Source of the DNA: an uncultured Nitrospiraceae bacterium | GTDB taxonomy: Bacteria; Nitrospirota; Nitrospiria; Nitrospirales; Nitrospiraceae | DNA length: 64,000 bases | Direction of reading: 5' to 3' | Assembly (NCBI GenBank): GCA_963706325.1 | Contig: CAVPLT010000001.1 | Location: forward strand, 128,001-192,000 | Part shown: positions 53,608-63,296 of the stretch, piece by piece | Layout of the letters: every line of letters begins with the position of its first letter | Position numbering within the stretch: the first letter of the stretch is position 1 | Translations under genes and position numbers: made by a program | The notes under the pieces: generated by a model | Told to the model about the DNA's origin: nothing | The model's input: only the letters and a program-made list of their open reading frames with translations | Databases searched by the model: none

Positions 53608-53639
53608 AAGACGCCTTCATAGGAAGGCGTCTTTTTTTT
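53608..53639 (+). terminator. Intrinsic-terminator hairpin in the typA 5' leader
   Basis: AAGACGCCTTC-atag-GAAGGCGTCTT (11 bp) followed by a T run, ending 24 nt before the typA ATG. Confidence 0.75.
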
Positions 53640-53663
53640 GGAACTCTCACGGCATTGGAGATT

Positions 53664-55547
53664 ATGAACACCTCAGCGCCCTCATCCACAGCCCCTGGTC
53701 TGCATGCGCCGCAAGGTCGTCGGACCGACATTCGCAACATTGCCATCATCGCGCACGTCGACCACGGCAAAACCACACTGGTCGACGCCGTGCTGCGCCA
53801 GACTCACGTGCATCGTAAGATCGATGATATGGGCGAACGCATCATGGACTCGATGGATCAGGAGCGCGAGCGCGGGATCACGATCCGAGCCAAGAACGCG
53901 AGCGTCACTTACAAGGGCGTAAAGATCAACATCGTCGATACGCCGGGGCACGCCGATTTCGGCGGCGAAGTGGAGCGTACGTTGCGAATGGTAGATGGGG
54001 TGTTGATTCTCATCGATGCGAAGGAAGGCCCCATGCCGCAGACCACGTTTGTCTTGCGGAAAGCACTGGCCCTGGGGCATAAAGCCATTGTCGTCATCAA
54101 TAAGATCGACCGTCCCGATGCTGTCATCGATGATGTGGTGAACCGCACATTCGATCTCTTCGTGCATCTTGGGGCTACCGACGAACAGCTCGACTTCCCC
54201 ATTGTCTACACATCAGCCATCAAAGGCATCGCGACCCTCGACCTCAAGCAACCGGGGACGGAGATCTCCCCGCTGCTGGAAACCATTCTGGATAAGATCC
54301 CCGCGCCGGCCATCAATCCCGATGCTCCGTTTCAGCTCCTCGTGCTCGCCCTCGCTCAAGACTCCTATAAAGGTAAGATGGGGATCGGCAAGATTCAATC
54401 AGGCTCAATCGCGCGCCGCCAAAACGTGGTGACCCTCACCAAAGACGGCGGCCAGGTCGCGGGCAAAATTTCCGATCTCGCCGTCTTCTCAGGACTTGAG
54501 CGCGCGGATGTTGAAACGGCCGAAGCCGGTGAGATTGTGGCTCTCTCCGGGCTGGAAGAAGTGAACATAGGGGATACCATAGCCGACCCGTCGAATCCCG
54601 TCGCACTCCCGCGTGTGACCATCGATGAACCGACCGTGCAGATGACTTTTTCCGTGAACAACAGCCCTTTTGCCGGCCGCGAGGGGAAATACCTCACGTC
54701 GCGCCACCTGCGTGAACGGTTGTTCAAGGAACTGGAAACCAACGTGTCGTTGCGTGTGCAGGAAACCGACAGCGCCGACCGTTTCCTCGTCGCCGGCCGC
54801 GGCGAGTTGCATCTCGGCGTGCTCATCGAGCAAATGCGTCGTGAAGGCTATGAGCTGCAGATTTCGCAACCGGAGGTGATTCTGCACCGGGACGGCGATC
54901 AAGTCACAGAACCGTTTGAAGAGCTGACCATCCAGGTTCCCTCTGAATATCAAGGTCCCGTTATCGAGGAGATCGGCAAGCGGCGTGGTGAACTCCGCCA
55001 CATGAAACTGGTGCATTCGGAAGGCACGGCCAGCGAAATGCACATCGAGTACCACATCCCGACACGCGGCATCATCGGCCTTAAGAACATTTTGTTGGCC
55101 AAAACGCGCGGTACCGTGATCATCCATCACGTATTTTCAGACTATGCGCCCGCTGATGAAAAAACGCTTCTCGTGGCACCCCATGGCTCGCTGGTGGCCT
55201 TCGAAGCGGGAACGAGCACGGCCTATGCTCTCTTCATGACCCAAGAACGCGGCGAACTGTTCATCGGTGCGTCGGTTGACGTCTACCAAGGGATGGTCGT
55301 CGGTCAAAACAGCCGGGACGAGGATCTGGATGTGAACGTGTGCAAACAAAAGCAGCTGAGTAATATGCGGGCTGCCGGCACGGACGAGGCGTTGGTGCTC
55401 ACACCGCCGCGTGAAATGTCATTGGAATTTGCGATGGAATATATCGGCCAGGATGAACTGGTTGAAGTGACACCAAAACATCTCCGCCTCCGCAAGCGGC
55501 TCTTGAATCCAGACGACCGTCGGAAAGCGAAGAAAAGCTCAAAATAA
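53664..55547 (+). CDS. typA: Translational GTPase TypA/BipA
   Basis: AHVDHGKTT, RGITI, DTPGHADF, NKID and C-terminal ELVEVTP..LRLRK. Confidence 0.97.
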   Translation: MNTSAPSSTAPGLHAPQGRRTDIRNIAIIAHVDHGKTTLVDAVLRQTHVHRKIDDMGERIMDSMDQERERGITIRAKNASVTYKGVKINIVDTPGHADFGGEVERTLRMVDGVLILIDAKEGPMPQTTFVLRKALALGHKAIVVINKIDRPDAVIDDVVNRTFDLFVHLGATDEQLDFPIVYTSAIKGIATLDLKQPGTEISPLLETILDKIPAPAINPDAPFQLLVLALAQDSYKGKMGIGKIQSGSIARRQNVVTLTKDGGQVAGKISDLAVFSGLERADVETAEAGEIVALSGLEEVNIGDTIADPSNPVALPRVTIDEPTVQMTFSVNNSPFAGREGKYLTSRHLRERLFKELETNVSLRVQETDSADRFLVAGRGELHLGVLIEQMRREGYELQISQPEVILHRDGDQVTEPFEELTIQVPSEYQGPVIEEIGKRRGELRHMKLVHSEGTASEMHIEYHIPTRGIIGLKNILLAKTRGTVIIHHVFSDYAPADEKTLLVAPHGSLVAFEAGTSTAYALFMTQERGELFIGASVDVYQGMVVGQNSRDEDLDVNVCKQKQLSNMRAAGTDEALVLTPPREMSLEFAMEYIGQDELVEVTPKHLRLRKRLLNPDDRRKAKKSSK

Positions 55548-55585
55548 CCACGTGGGGCGCTCTACGGCCCCGACGCGCGGCCCGC

Positions 55586-56344
55586 ATGAAGATTCGTAAA
55601 AAAAAAGCCGCGAAGGTTTTTCCGGCCAGGCCGCCACTGTACCTAGTCGGTTATCGCGACTCGCCTCCATCCCTCGAAGACTTGAAAAGTTGGTATGACC
55701 TTCACTACGGAGGACCGCTCTCCTGGCTTCAACGAGAACCAGGACGTCCCATCAGCGCCAACCATGGTCTCTGGCACACGCACCTACTGACTAGTCTGCC
55801 TGAGGCCGACAGGTCACGATGGCAGGGCACCTTGTCGTGGGATCACCCCTCGCTTGGGAGCGTGTCACCGGCGAGCGCTCACCCCAGCACTATTGCAGAC
55901 ACGATTCTTGTCGCTGCACGCCTCGCTCGCGGTTTCACCTTACTCACGCAAGGCACCGCCTTAGACATGCTATCCCAAGAGTATCTCAATCCTTCGGATT
56001 GGCATGATCGCCCCTTATCGATCTTTCAGACGCGAGACCATGTCACCGTCCAACACAGCGAATCCGATGATCACTCGACCGACTGGTTCCACACATTGGG
56101 CTTGAGTAAATTCGGTTTGGACGAGTTGGAAGTGATCCAGCCTCAAGGCCTGCCGGAGATTGAAACCATTGCCCTCCTCACGTCCGCGGCAGACGGGGTG
56201 TTGCGCGCCGGGCACAATCAAAAAATCGGACAGTCACTAGACCTGCCTGCTCTGGCGCGAACGATTCGGTTCGTCAAACATCGCACGGCCGCCCCGGCTG
56301 GTCGGATGGTAACCTTTCGAGAAATCGCTACGGCGCAACTTTGA
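55586..56344 (+). CDS. Hypothetical protein (DUF4261-like C-terminus)
   Basis: WFHTLGLSKFGLDELE motif. Confidence 0.7.
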   Translation: MKIRKKKAAKVFPARPPLYLVGYRDSPPSLEDLKSWYDLHYGGPLSWLQREPGRPISANHGLWHTHLLTSLPEADRSRWQGTLSWDHPSLGSVSPASAHPSTIADTILVAARLARGFTLLTQGTALDMLSQEYLNPSDWHDRPLSIFQTRDHVTVQHSESDDHSTDWFHTLGLSKFGLDELEVIQPQGLPEIETIALLTSAADGVLRAGHNQKIGQSLDLPALARTIRFVKHRTAAPAGRMVTFREIATAQL

Positions 56345-56500
56345 CCTCCGTGCCGTCCTCTGGATCACCCCGCTACGAAACTGCTCCTGGCGCTCGCCCC
56401 GCCACTCTAGGTCTTCTGGGCCCGTTGACAAGGTTTTTCCGGGCGTGGTACCACGAAAGGGTTTGCGCAGTAGCATGGGGTCTAACCTAGGAGGATCGCA

Positions 56501-56971
56501 ATGAGTGATGTGGCTGCAGAAATTAAGGTCGGCGATACCGCGCCGGATTTTACATTAAAGGATCAGGATCAGAAGGATGTGAAGCTGAGCGAGTACAAGG
56601 GGAAGAAGAATGTGGTTTTGGCATTCTACCCGCTCGACTGGAGTCCGGTGTGCCAGGGTGAGAATAAATGCCTGACCGATGATTTCCCAAAATTCCAAAG
56701 TGCCAATTCAGAACTGTTCGGGATTAGCTGCGACAGCTTCTTCTCTCACAAGGCCTGGGCGGATTCATTAGAGCTTAAGCACCGCCTTCTTTCCGACTTC
56801 AACCGTGAAGTCGTCAAGAAGTATGGACTGTACTTTGAGCCGTTGAATTGTGGCAAGCGCGCGACCGTGATTGTCGACAAGAACGGCAAAGTCGCCTACG
56901 TGAAGGTACAGGAAATCAAGGTGGCACGGGAAGACAAGGACATTCTCGCGGCTCTCGCGAAGCTGAGCTAA
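56501..56971 (+). CDS. Peroxiredoxin (AhpC/TSA, AhpE-like)
   Basis: [19 protein letters not shown] and RATVIVD. Confidence 0.93.
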   Translation: MSDVAAEIKVGDTAPDFTLKDQDQKDVKLSEYKGKKNVVLAFYPLDWSPVCQGENKCLTDDFPKFQSANSELFGISCDSFFSHKAWADSLELKHRLLSDFNREVVKKYGLYFEPLNCGKRATVIVDKNGKVAYVKVQEIKVAREDKDILAALAKLS

Positions 56972-57051
56972 GCGGCATGATGAGGACCGAGCGGGAGGGC
57001 CAGGACGACGCCCTCCTCTCGGTCTTCCCTCATAAGCTGGGGAGAGAGACG

Positions 57052-57384
57052 ATGTCGGGCACAGTCCAAGACGTTCGCGACGAGAATTACAAAGAATTTA
57101 CCGAGAGTGACGGCGCTGTAGTGGCATACGGCCTCGCCGCCTGCGAACCGTGCCAACTGTACGATCCAATTCTGGAGGAAACCGCTGCGAGGTTTCCGTC
57201 CATCAAAATCGGCAAAGCCAAGATGCACGTCCCGGGCCGATGCCGTGAAATCAAGAAGGCGCACACGTTTGAAACCTACCCCACTACACACTTCTTTGCG
57301 CGGGGCAAACTGATCCTGACTCGTGAAGGGGTGGTCGACGCGGCTGAACTAGCCGCATTGATCTCAGACCATCTCATAAAATAG
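57052..57384 (+). CDS. Thioredoxin-family protein
   Basis: CEPC and cis-Pro YPT; GGAG RBS. Confidence 0.88.
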   Translation: MSGTVQDVRDENYKEFTESDGAVVAYGLAACEPCQLYDPILEETAARFPSIKIGKAKMHVPGRCREIKKAHTFETYPTTHFFARGKLILTREGVVDAAELAALISDHLIK

Positions 57385-57626
57385 CGCGCGCCTCCACTCA
57401 GGATCTCTTCGATTCCCTCACAAGCCCGCATGGTTTCCGGTACAGGTCAATGAGACTGCCCTCCAGCACATGCCCCCTTCCACGCGCCATAGGCCAGAAG
57501 CCATCGCGAACAGGCCCTATATGAGAAGGAAGCCCCTCAATGCACACTTCCTCCCGTGGACGGGATACAATATGCGGAGGCTGCGACAGGCACTGAACGG
57601 ATTCGCAAAGGATTAGCCGCCAACCG

Positions 57627-58496
57627 ATGTCTATAAGTAGATGTGTTCCTTGCGCCATCGCGCTACTCGCCTTCCTGCTAGTCACGCCTGCCGCGGTTGC
57701 GAAAGCCGCTGCATCACATCCTTCGCAGGCACCCACGCCAAACCAATCCCCGGGCGGCCCCGCCGAGCCGCACACCGCCCCGGTCGGTCCGCACGACAAT
57801 TCGCCGATGGTGCTGATTCATCCCGGCGAGTTTGCGATGGGCAGCGACCGTGGCCAGGATGATGAGCAACCGGTTCATCGCGTCTCAGTGAAGGCTTTTT
57901 ATCTCGATGCCTACGAAGTCACCGTCTCACGCTATGCCGAGTTTCTAACCTCACAAAAGCCGGACCCGCCGTTCAAGTGGAACGAAGCCACGGGAGGAGC
58001 CCACGAGAACAAACCGGTGATCGGCGTCAACTGGTACGATGCGCGCGACTACTGCCGCTGGATGGGAAAGCGACTGCCGACTGAAGCAGAATGGGAAATG
58101 GCTGCGCGCGGGACTGAGGGACGGATCTACCCCTGGGGTGATGTTCACCCCACCAAACGCCATGCCAATGCAGGCCAAACTATATGGCGGGGGTATGACA
58201 CGCTCACCAATGTCGGGCGTTATCAACCAGGGAAGACGCCGGACGGCCTGTACGACATGGCGGGGAATCTTTGGGAATGGGTGGCCGATTGGTATGATCC
58301 CACCTACTATCACTTCAGCCCGAGCGAAAATCCACGAGGCCCCTCAGCTGGGCCGCTCAGAGCCCTCCGTGGCGGTGCCTGGAACAATGACTCCAAAGCT
58401 ATTCGATCCACCAATCGCGCAGCCTATGCTCCCGATGCCCGCCGAAACGACGTCGGCTTTCGTTGCGCGAGAGAGGCGAAGTCTGGTGGTCGCTAG
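57627..58496 (+). CDS. Formylglycine-generating-enzyme (SUMF1) domain protein, exported
   Basis: GEFAMG, RLPTEAEWE, YDMAGNLWEW, RGGAW and GFRC. Confidence 0.93.
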   Translation: MSISRCVPCAIALLAFLLVTPAAVAKAAASHPSQAPTPNQSPGGPAEPHTAPVGPHDNSPMVLIHPGEFAMGSDRGQDDEQPVHRVSVKAFYLDAYEVTVSRYAEFLTSQKPDPPFKWNEATGGAHENKPVIGVNWYDARDYCRWMGKRLPTEAEWEMAARGTEGRIYPWGDVHPTKRHANAGQTIWRGYDTLTNVGRYQPGKTPDGLYDMAGNLWEWVADWYDPTYYHFSPSENPRGPSAGPLRALRGGAWNNDSKAIRSTNRAAYAPDARRNDVGFRCAREAKSGGR

Positions 58497-59245
58497 AAGA
58501 GACGGGATGTGAACGTCGGAGATTCGAGAGGACGCATAGCCTGCTTCAATTCCGTCTGGTGGTCAGTGGGTCGAAGGCGGATTTTAAACACCACCCGCCG
58601 GCTCTTATCCCTATCAAGCGCGCGTGACTCGTCCCAGATCAGGTCCTGCCGACCTCGCCCGCTGGCAGAAGTCTTTTCCTGGAAACAACGATAGGCCCAA
58701 GGCGCGGAATCCTGGATCACCTCAAGCCCCTTGACCATCACATTCAACGAGCGCTCCTGGCTCAGTTTCAAATTGTAGACGTCAGAGCCGCGATCGTCGG
58801 TATGACCCTCGATCACAAGTGAATCAATTCGATCTCGCAAAGCGCCGCAAAGCAATGTTGCATAGCTCGGCATTGCTTCAACCAGGAATCGATCCGCGAC
58901 CGACGACAGCGAGCCCTTGCCGAATTCAAAATTGAGCAAGGCATCCGGAACCACAATCCGGACCACATTGGGATCGATAGTGTCGGCATCGAGCGAGAGA
59001 TCAAACCGACTAAAATGATCGCGCAGTAATCCCTTGATGTCGTCCGTGGTGCTCCGAGCGACCTTCCGCTCCGGCACCGGCAGAATCACTGACGCCTTCG
59101 CCGGTGATTCCGTTTCGGATACTTTTGTGACGTACGCGCTGAACAACAAAATGAAAATGACGGCCAGCGACGTCATTAAATCGGTAACGCCGATGGTGAG
59201 CACCGACGAGTGCTCTTGGGACTCTGTCGTAGAATTGGTGTTCAT
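58493..59245 (-). CDS. OmpA/MotB-family protein, ZorB-like
   Basis: TM helix TDLMTSLAVIFILL with the conserved Asp; IEGHTD, NLKLSQER and SRRV.F peptidoglycan-binding domain. Confidence 0.88.
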   Translation of the reverse strand: MNTNSTTESQEHSSVLTIGVTDLMTSLAVIFILLFSAYVTKVSETESPAKASVILPVPERKVARSTTDDIKGLLRDHFSRFDLSLDADTIDPNVVRIVVPDALLNFEFGKGSLSSVADRFLVEAMPSYATLLCGALRDRIDSLVIEGHTDDRGSDVYNLKLSQERSLNVMVKGLEVIQDSAPWAYRCFQEKTSASGRGRQDLIWDESRALDRDKSRRVVFKIRLRPTDHQTELKQAMRPLESPTFTSRLF

Positions 59246-59246
59246 C

Positions 59247-60473
59247 TTATGCAGCGCCCTTCATGGATGCACCTTGCCGCCAATTCGCAAACCACCGCAA
59301 TCCCAGCATACTGTCGTCAGGCATGATGTCCTGCCCGACCTCTGGAATAGGCACTTCGCCGAAGGGGGGCGCATCAAAATTGTTTCCCATGGGTTTCACC
59401 GTAGGATCCCGCTTGAGTTCCTCAACCGAACGGGCCAGCGCCTGGATAGACTGGTTCAATTCCTGAATCGGGGCCGCCATGGTCTGCTGCATCACACGTG
59501 ACAAATCTTCCGCCAGCCGGTCCGGCGCTCCGGCGCGTCCTCCGGACTCCCGGCGGCCTAACAGTTCAACTGCCTCCCTGAGCGCAGCCACAGTGGGGAT
59601 CAGGCGATCGCTGAGGGTGCCGACGAGACGATCGCCGAGATCTCCTGACGCTGCTGCTGCCGGTACCTGCGATGCGCTGGTTCCCGGCGTAAAATTCTCA
59701 AGCATCTGCTCCATGGTTTTACGAGGGAATAATTCATCCACCATGGTGATGAACTGTTGTTGTGTCGTGGCCAAACGGTGCAACGCGGACTTTTCAATCA
59801 ACACAAACAAGTTGGCACAGACCAATCCGACGATCGAGGTCAAAAACTTGCCCGCCAATCCATTGATCAAGCCTTGGATGCCGACGATATGAGAGCCATC
59901 CGCATGGAGCTTGCTCAGACCGATAAGGATCGCCAGAAAGGTTAAGAGCAGACCAATGCCAGTAATCAACGAGGGAAACTGATGGTAGAAAGACAGGTTC
60001 AATCGTCCGTTCAAGAGGTCGCGAGGGAAAAACTCAGAGGCCGTGCGTGTCGCAAAGACCCTTGGCTCAATGAACCAGGCGGTTCGCTCTACCACGAAAG
60101 TCTTTCGAAAGTGCAACCAAGCCTGTTCGAGCCGGATCTCTTTACGCATGGCCTTATCGAGCGTCTGAAGATCATCCAAATCGACTCGGTCCGATTGCGA
60201 GCCGGAGTGATTCGCTACTTTCTTGGTGTCGGCCAAGCCGGGAATGGTCAACCACTCGGATTGAAGGCTTTTTCGACCATTAGTGAGCCGGGTGAGCGTC
60301 GGCCACACGCGAGTATAACAACCCTGAACGATTGAAATGGCCGTCGTGAGCCGGGCCACATGCCACAGAAAAAAGGCTAACAGCCCACAGGAGCCGACCC
60401 AGCTCAACAACGGACTGTGGAGCCCTCCAAAGAGAGCCACATCTTGGCTCAGGAATTCCCAGATGGACATCAT
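59247..60473 (-). CDS. MotA/ExbB-like three-TM protein with cytoplasmic tail, ZorA-like
   Basis: PSLITGIGLLLTF..I..GL and LINGL..KF.TSI.GL helices; long loop after TM1; helical tail; GGAGG RBS. Confidence 0.82.
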   Translation of the reverse strand: MMSIWEFLSQDVALFGGLHSPLLSWVGSCGLLAFFLWHVARLTTAISIVQGCYTRVWPTLTRLTNGRKSLQSEWLTIPGLADTKKVANHSGSQSDRVDLDDLQTLDKAMRKEIRLEQAWLHFRKTFVVERTAWFIEPRVFATRTASEFFPRDLLNGRLNLSFYHQFPSLITGIGLLLTFLAILIGLSKLHADGSHIVGIQGLINGLAGKFLTSIVGLVCANLFVLIEKSALHRLATTQQQFITMVDELFPRKTMEQMLENFTPGTSASQVPAAAASGDLGDRLVGTLSDRLIPTVAALREAVELLGRRESGGRAGAPDRLAEDLSRVMQQTMAAPIQELNQSIQALARSVEELKRDPTVKPMGNNFDAPPFGEVPIPEVGQDIMPDDSMLGLRWFANWRQGASMKGAA

Positions 60474-60614
60474 GGCGTCAGCACCTCCGGCTCAAAACCA
60501 GCAACACCGCCGACTTTAGGCCTGTGCCATTTCAACTTTCAGGCCACGGTGCTCGGTTGATGGAGGATTTATTAAATCAAGGAGTTCTATACGACTGGGT
60601 GCCCATCGGGGAGA

Positions 60615-60639
60615 CGCCTCGGCAAGAACTGCCGAGGCG
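60615..60639. other. Perfect 10-bp inverted repeat (terminator or operator) between the CBS gene and the zorA-like gene
   Basis: CGCCTCGGCA-agaac-TGCCGAGGCG. Confidence 0.55.
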
Positions 60640-60669
60640 ATGAATGTTTCTGCCGCCTACTTCTTTGCC

Positions 60670-61110
60670 TCATCCCGCTTCATCCCCCGATGGCCCGAGC
60701 CCTAATTGCGCTCGCAATAAATCGTGACGAGTGATAGATCGCACGACCTTGCCGTCCTGTACCACGGGTAGAATCTGAAACCCCATTTCGAACATGCGCG
60801 CGACGCAACTCAAGGCGGTATCTTCTTTCACCCCGACAAAGGCGGAATTCATAATGTCTTGGGCCCTTGCCTGATTGAGATCCACTCCCTTATCGATTGC
60901 GCGAATGATATCTCCCTCATTGATGAACCCTAAAAACTCAAAGTCTTCGCCCACCACAGGCGCGCCACCGAAATGGCTGGTGACCATTTCAATCGCCACA
61001 TCCATCGCACTGTCTTCCGCCTTGAATTGCCGAATGGCCGTCCCCACAATATCTCCCACCACATGATAGCCCTCGGCCGGATTGCCCGCCACACCAGTAA
61101 TGACCTTCAT
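60670..61110 (-). CDS. CBS-domain protein
   Basis: GAPVV..GFI.E.DI and LPVV..G..V..ITRHD tandem CBS; GGAGG RBS. Confidence 0.9.
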   Translation of the reverse strand: MKVITGVAGNPAEGYHVVGDIVGTAIRQFKAEDSAMDVAIEMVTSHFGGAPVVGEDFEFLGFINEGDIIRAIDKGVDLNQARAQDIMNSAFVGVKEDTALSCVARMFEMGFQILPVVQDGKVVRSITRHDLLRAQLGLGPSGDEAG

Positions 61111-61303
61111 GATCGCCTCCATTCTTATCCAAATGAGTAAGGCCCCCTTTCGGAAAGGTATAGTCCTTGATGAATGGCCCCGACACTGGGGAGACCCCTG
61201 TAAGTTGCACGTGACTTCTGAGACTTGTGGATTCGGTCGTCGGTCCTGTTTAATGAAGAGGCTCGGACACACCTCCACTCATTCCTGAAAAAGGTACAGC
61301 CAC

Positions 61304-61633
61304 ATGACCATCCCCTGGGCGACGACATTGCACCTCGTGAAGAAACTCCTACCAGTGGTGATCGAGAGGGCCCCGGAACTGCTTAAAACATTCGAGCGAT
61401 TTCGGGCCGATTCCCCATCGCCAGAATCGGTGTCGCCCGATCCGGCCCTTGCGGCGCTTCAAGAACAAATCAAAACTCAGCAGCGGACTATCGCCACCCA
61501 AGCAGACACCATCACACAACTCCGAACGGCTGCGATCGCTGCAAAGCGCTCGCTTACCGTCTCGCGGATCATTCTCGCGCTCGTAGCACTCCTCTCCATC
61601 ACAATGATCCTAGCCCTGCTCTCTCGATCTTAA
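61304..61633 (+). CDS. Hypothetical protein, coiled coil with C-terminal TM
   Basis: AAGG RBS; amphipathic N-terminus; hydrophobic tail. Confidence 0.75.
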   Translation: MTIPWATTLHLVKKLLPVVIERAPELLKTFERFRADSPSPESVSPDPALAALQEQIKTQQRTIATQADTITQLRTAAIAAKRSLTVSRIILALVALLSITMILALLSRS

Positions 61634-61808
61634 GATCGTAACAGACCAAGAAGGCACTGCTTTGACCCCGCGATCGCGGCTGGCTTTCTCGACAATGAAG
61701 CCTACGGTGAGCTGAAGGTTGGACCATACTAGGCAGTGCAGCCCGTGCAGGAAGAGTCTACCCACAGGGTAGTTCAAAGGAACGTGGCGGAGATGCGCGG
61801 GAGGGGGC

Positions 61809-62561
61809 TCAGCCGGCGTATTCGTAAGAGAGGTCGCGAGTTTGAACCAACTTGATGAGCTGTAGCGTCCCGGCTGGGATGGCCGATACGATCCGCTCCC
61901 ATACAGCCTTCGCCAGGCATTCACCAGAGACAGCCGAGGTGGCCAGCGCGATACGCAAATCTTGGCCGTCGAATGAGGACAGCACACGATCTGTCACCAG
62001 TCGATCGAGCGCGACGATATCCGTGACCATGCCGGTTTCCAGTTCGATCCGTCCATGAACCGTTACAAATAAGTCCCATGTATGGCCGCGATGACCGTCA
62101 TGCACGGCGGTAAACGAGTAGCGCCTGGTGACGGACGCCGCCTCAAGGCCGGCTTCTGCCGTTAGCTCTGCGCAAAGATCCTCATCTTCGTACAGACAGA
62201 TGCGATGTAAGATTCCGACGTCCTGCTGGGTTTGCAGCTTGTCCCAGAGCACACGCGCAATGTTCTCGGAAGTTGGAATCTGTCGCTCGAAATAGGGTAA
62301 GTCGAGATTGAGGTGCTTGTGGTCGAATTCTTCCAATACCTGCAGCAGTACTCGCTTGAGGTCAAAGAGGTTCACCACCATACCGGTTCGTTGATCGACC
62401 TCACCCGCCACGGTCACTTCCAGCATGTAGTTATGGCCATGGCCTGGGTCGTTGTTGCAGGCGCCGAATGTGGCTCGGTTCCGCGCGGCATCCCACTCCG
62501 GTTTGTGATACCGGTGGGACGCGGAAAACTCAATGCGTTTGGTCAGTAAGACGACAGCCAT
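61809..62561 (-). CDS. 6-pyruvoyl/6-carboxy-tetrahydropterin synthase family, tandem domains
   Basis: FSASH, CNNDPGHGHNY, DHKHLN and PTSENIA; degenerate second domain (HRGHTW). Confidence 0.9.
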   Translation of the reverse strand: MAVVLLTKRIEFSASHRYHKPEWDAARNRATFGACNNDPGHGHNYMLEVTVAGEVDQRTGMVVNLFDLKRVLLQVLEEFDHKHLNLDLPYFERQIPTSENIARVLWDKLQTQQDVGILHRICLYEDEDLCAELTAEAGLEAASVTRRYSFTAVHDGHRGHTWDLFVTVHGRIELETGMVTDIVALDRLVTDRVLSSFDGQDLRIALATSAVSGECLAKAVWERIVSAIPAGTLQLIKLVQTRDLSYEYAG

Positions 62562-62662
62562 AACAAATACCTACCACTCTTCCTAGTTCAAATGTTCAAC
62601 CGTGACGAGATGTTCAGTTGAGGATGCATCGACAGGGCGCATGGTACATTCGAGATGTCGCG

Positions 62663-63247
62663 CTAGCCGTTCAAGTCAGAAAGCCATTCCTGCCGCATCG
62701 GCAAGGGCACCTCCGCTTCAGCATTGTACCCGGCATGGTGGACGATGAGGGCCACACGCGCAGACTGATCACCCATGGCCTGCACCATCGCGGATGTCGG
62801 ACGGAATCGCACAAAATGCACGGCGCTGATCTTCGTCTCGTGGCTATGCCCTCCTTCGAATTCGCCATAGACGACCTCGCTCCCTGCACGGAGACCGACC
62901 TTGTGTCCGTGATCTAAGCCCATGAACAAATCGAGCCAGTGCTTCATTGTATCGGGATCCGTGAGCTCGATCAGAAGCGTGGCGCTCACTTCGCCGGAGG
63001 CCGGAAGGAGCGCATTGTATACCTCCAACTCCTCTTGGATTTTTTGCGGATCGACGATCCGCTCAACGCGAATGATTTCTTGGATCTGAAAACGGAGGGT
63101 CTCTCGATTTTCAAATACCAAGGTGATCTTATCACCGATCGTGATACGCCGACGTTGCTTCAGCGCGATGATGGCCTGTCGATACGACTCGCGTTGCCGC
63201 TCATACTCATCCTGGGGAATTAAGTCATCCTGCGTCAGAACTTTCAT
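62663..63247 (-). CDS. DUF3501-family protein
   Basis: K.RR..IG...T..FENRETL.FQIQE..RVE and SAVHFVRF. Confidence 0.9.
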   Translation of the reverse strand: MKVLTQDDLIPQDEYERQRESYRQAIIALKQRRRITIGDKITLVFENRETLRFQIQEIIRVERIVDPQKIQEELEVYNALLPASGEVSATLLIELTDPDTMKHWLDLFMGLDHGHKVGLRAGSEVVYGEFEGGHSHETKISAVHFVRFRPTSAMVQAMGDQSARVALIVHHAGYNAEAEVPLPMRQEWLSDLNG

Positions 63248-63296
63248 TGGCCGACTCCACATCCCGCGGCATTCGCCCGGTATTCCATACGAGCCC

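Noticed and set aside
56848..57051. N-terminal extension of the thioredoxin ORF
   Set aside because: It overlaps the peroxiredoxin; the RBS supports a start at 57052
60505..60535. Sigma-54 promoter for the zorA-like gene (TGGCAC on the minus strand)
   Set aside because: The -12 TTGC element is absent at the required spacing (reads TAAAG)
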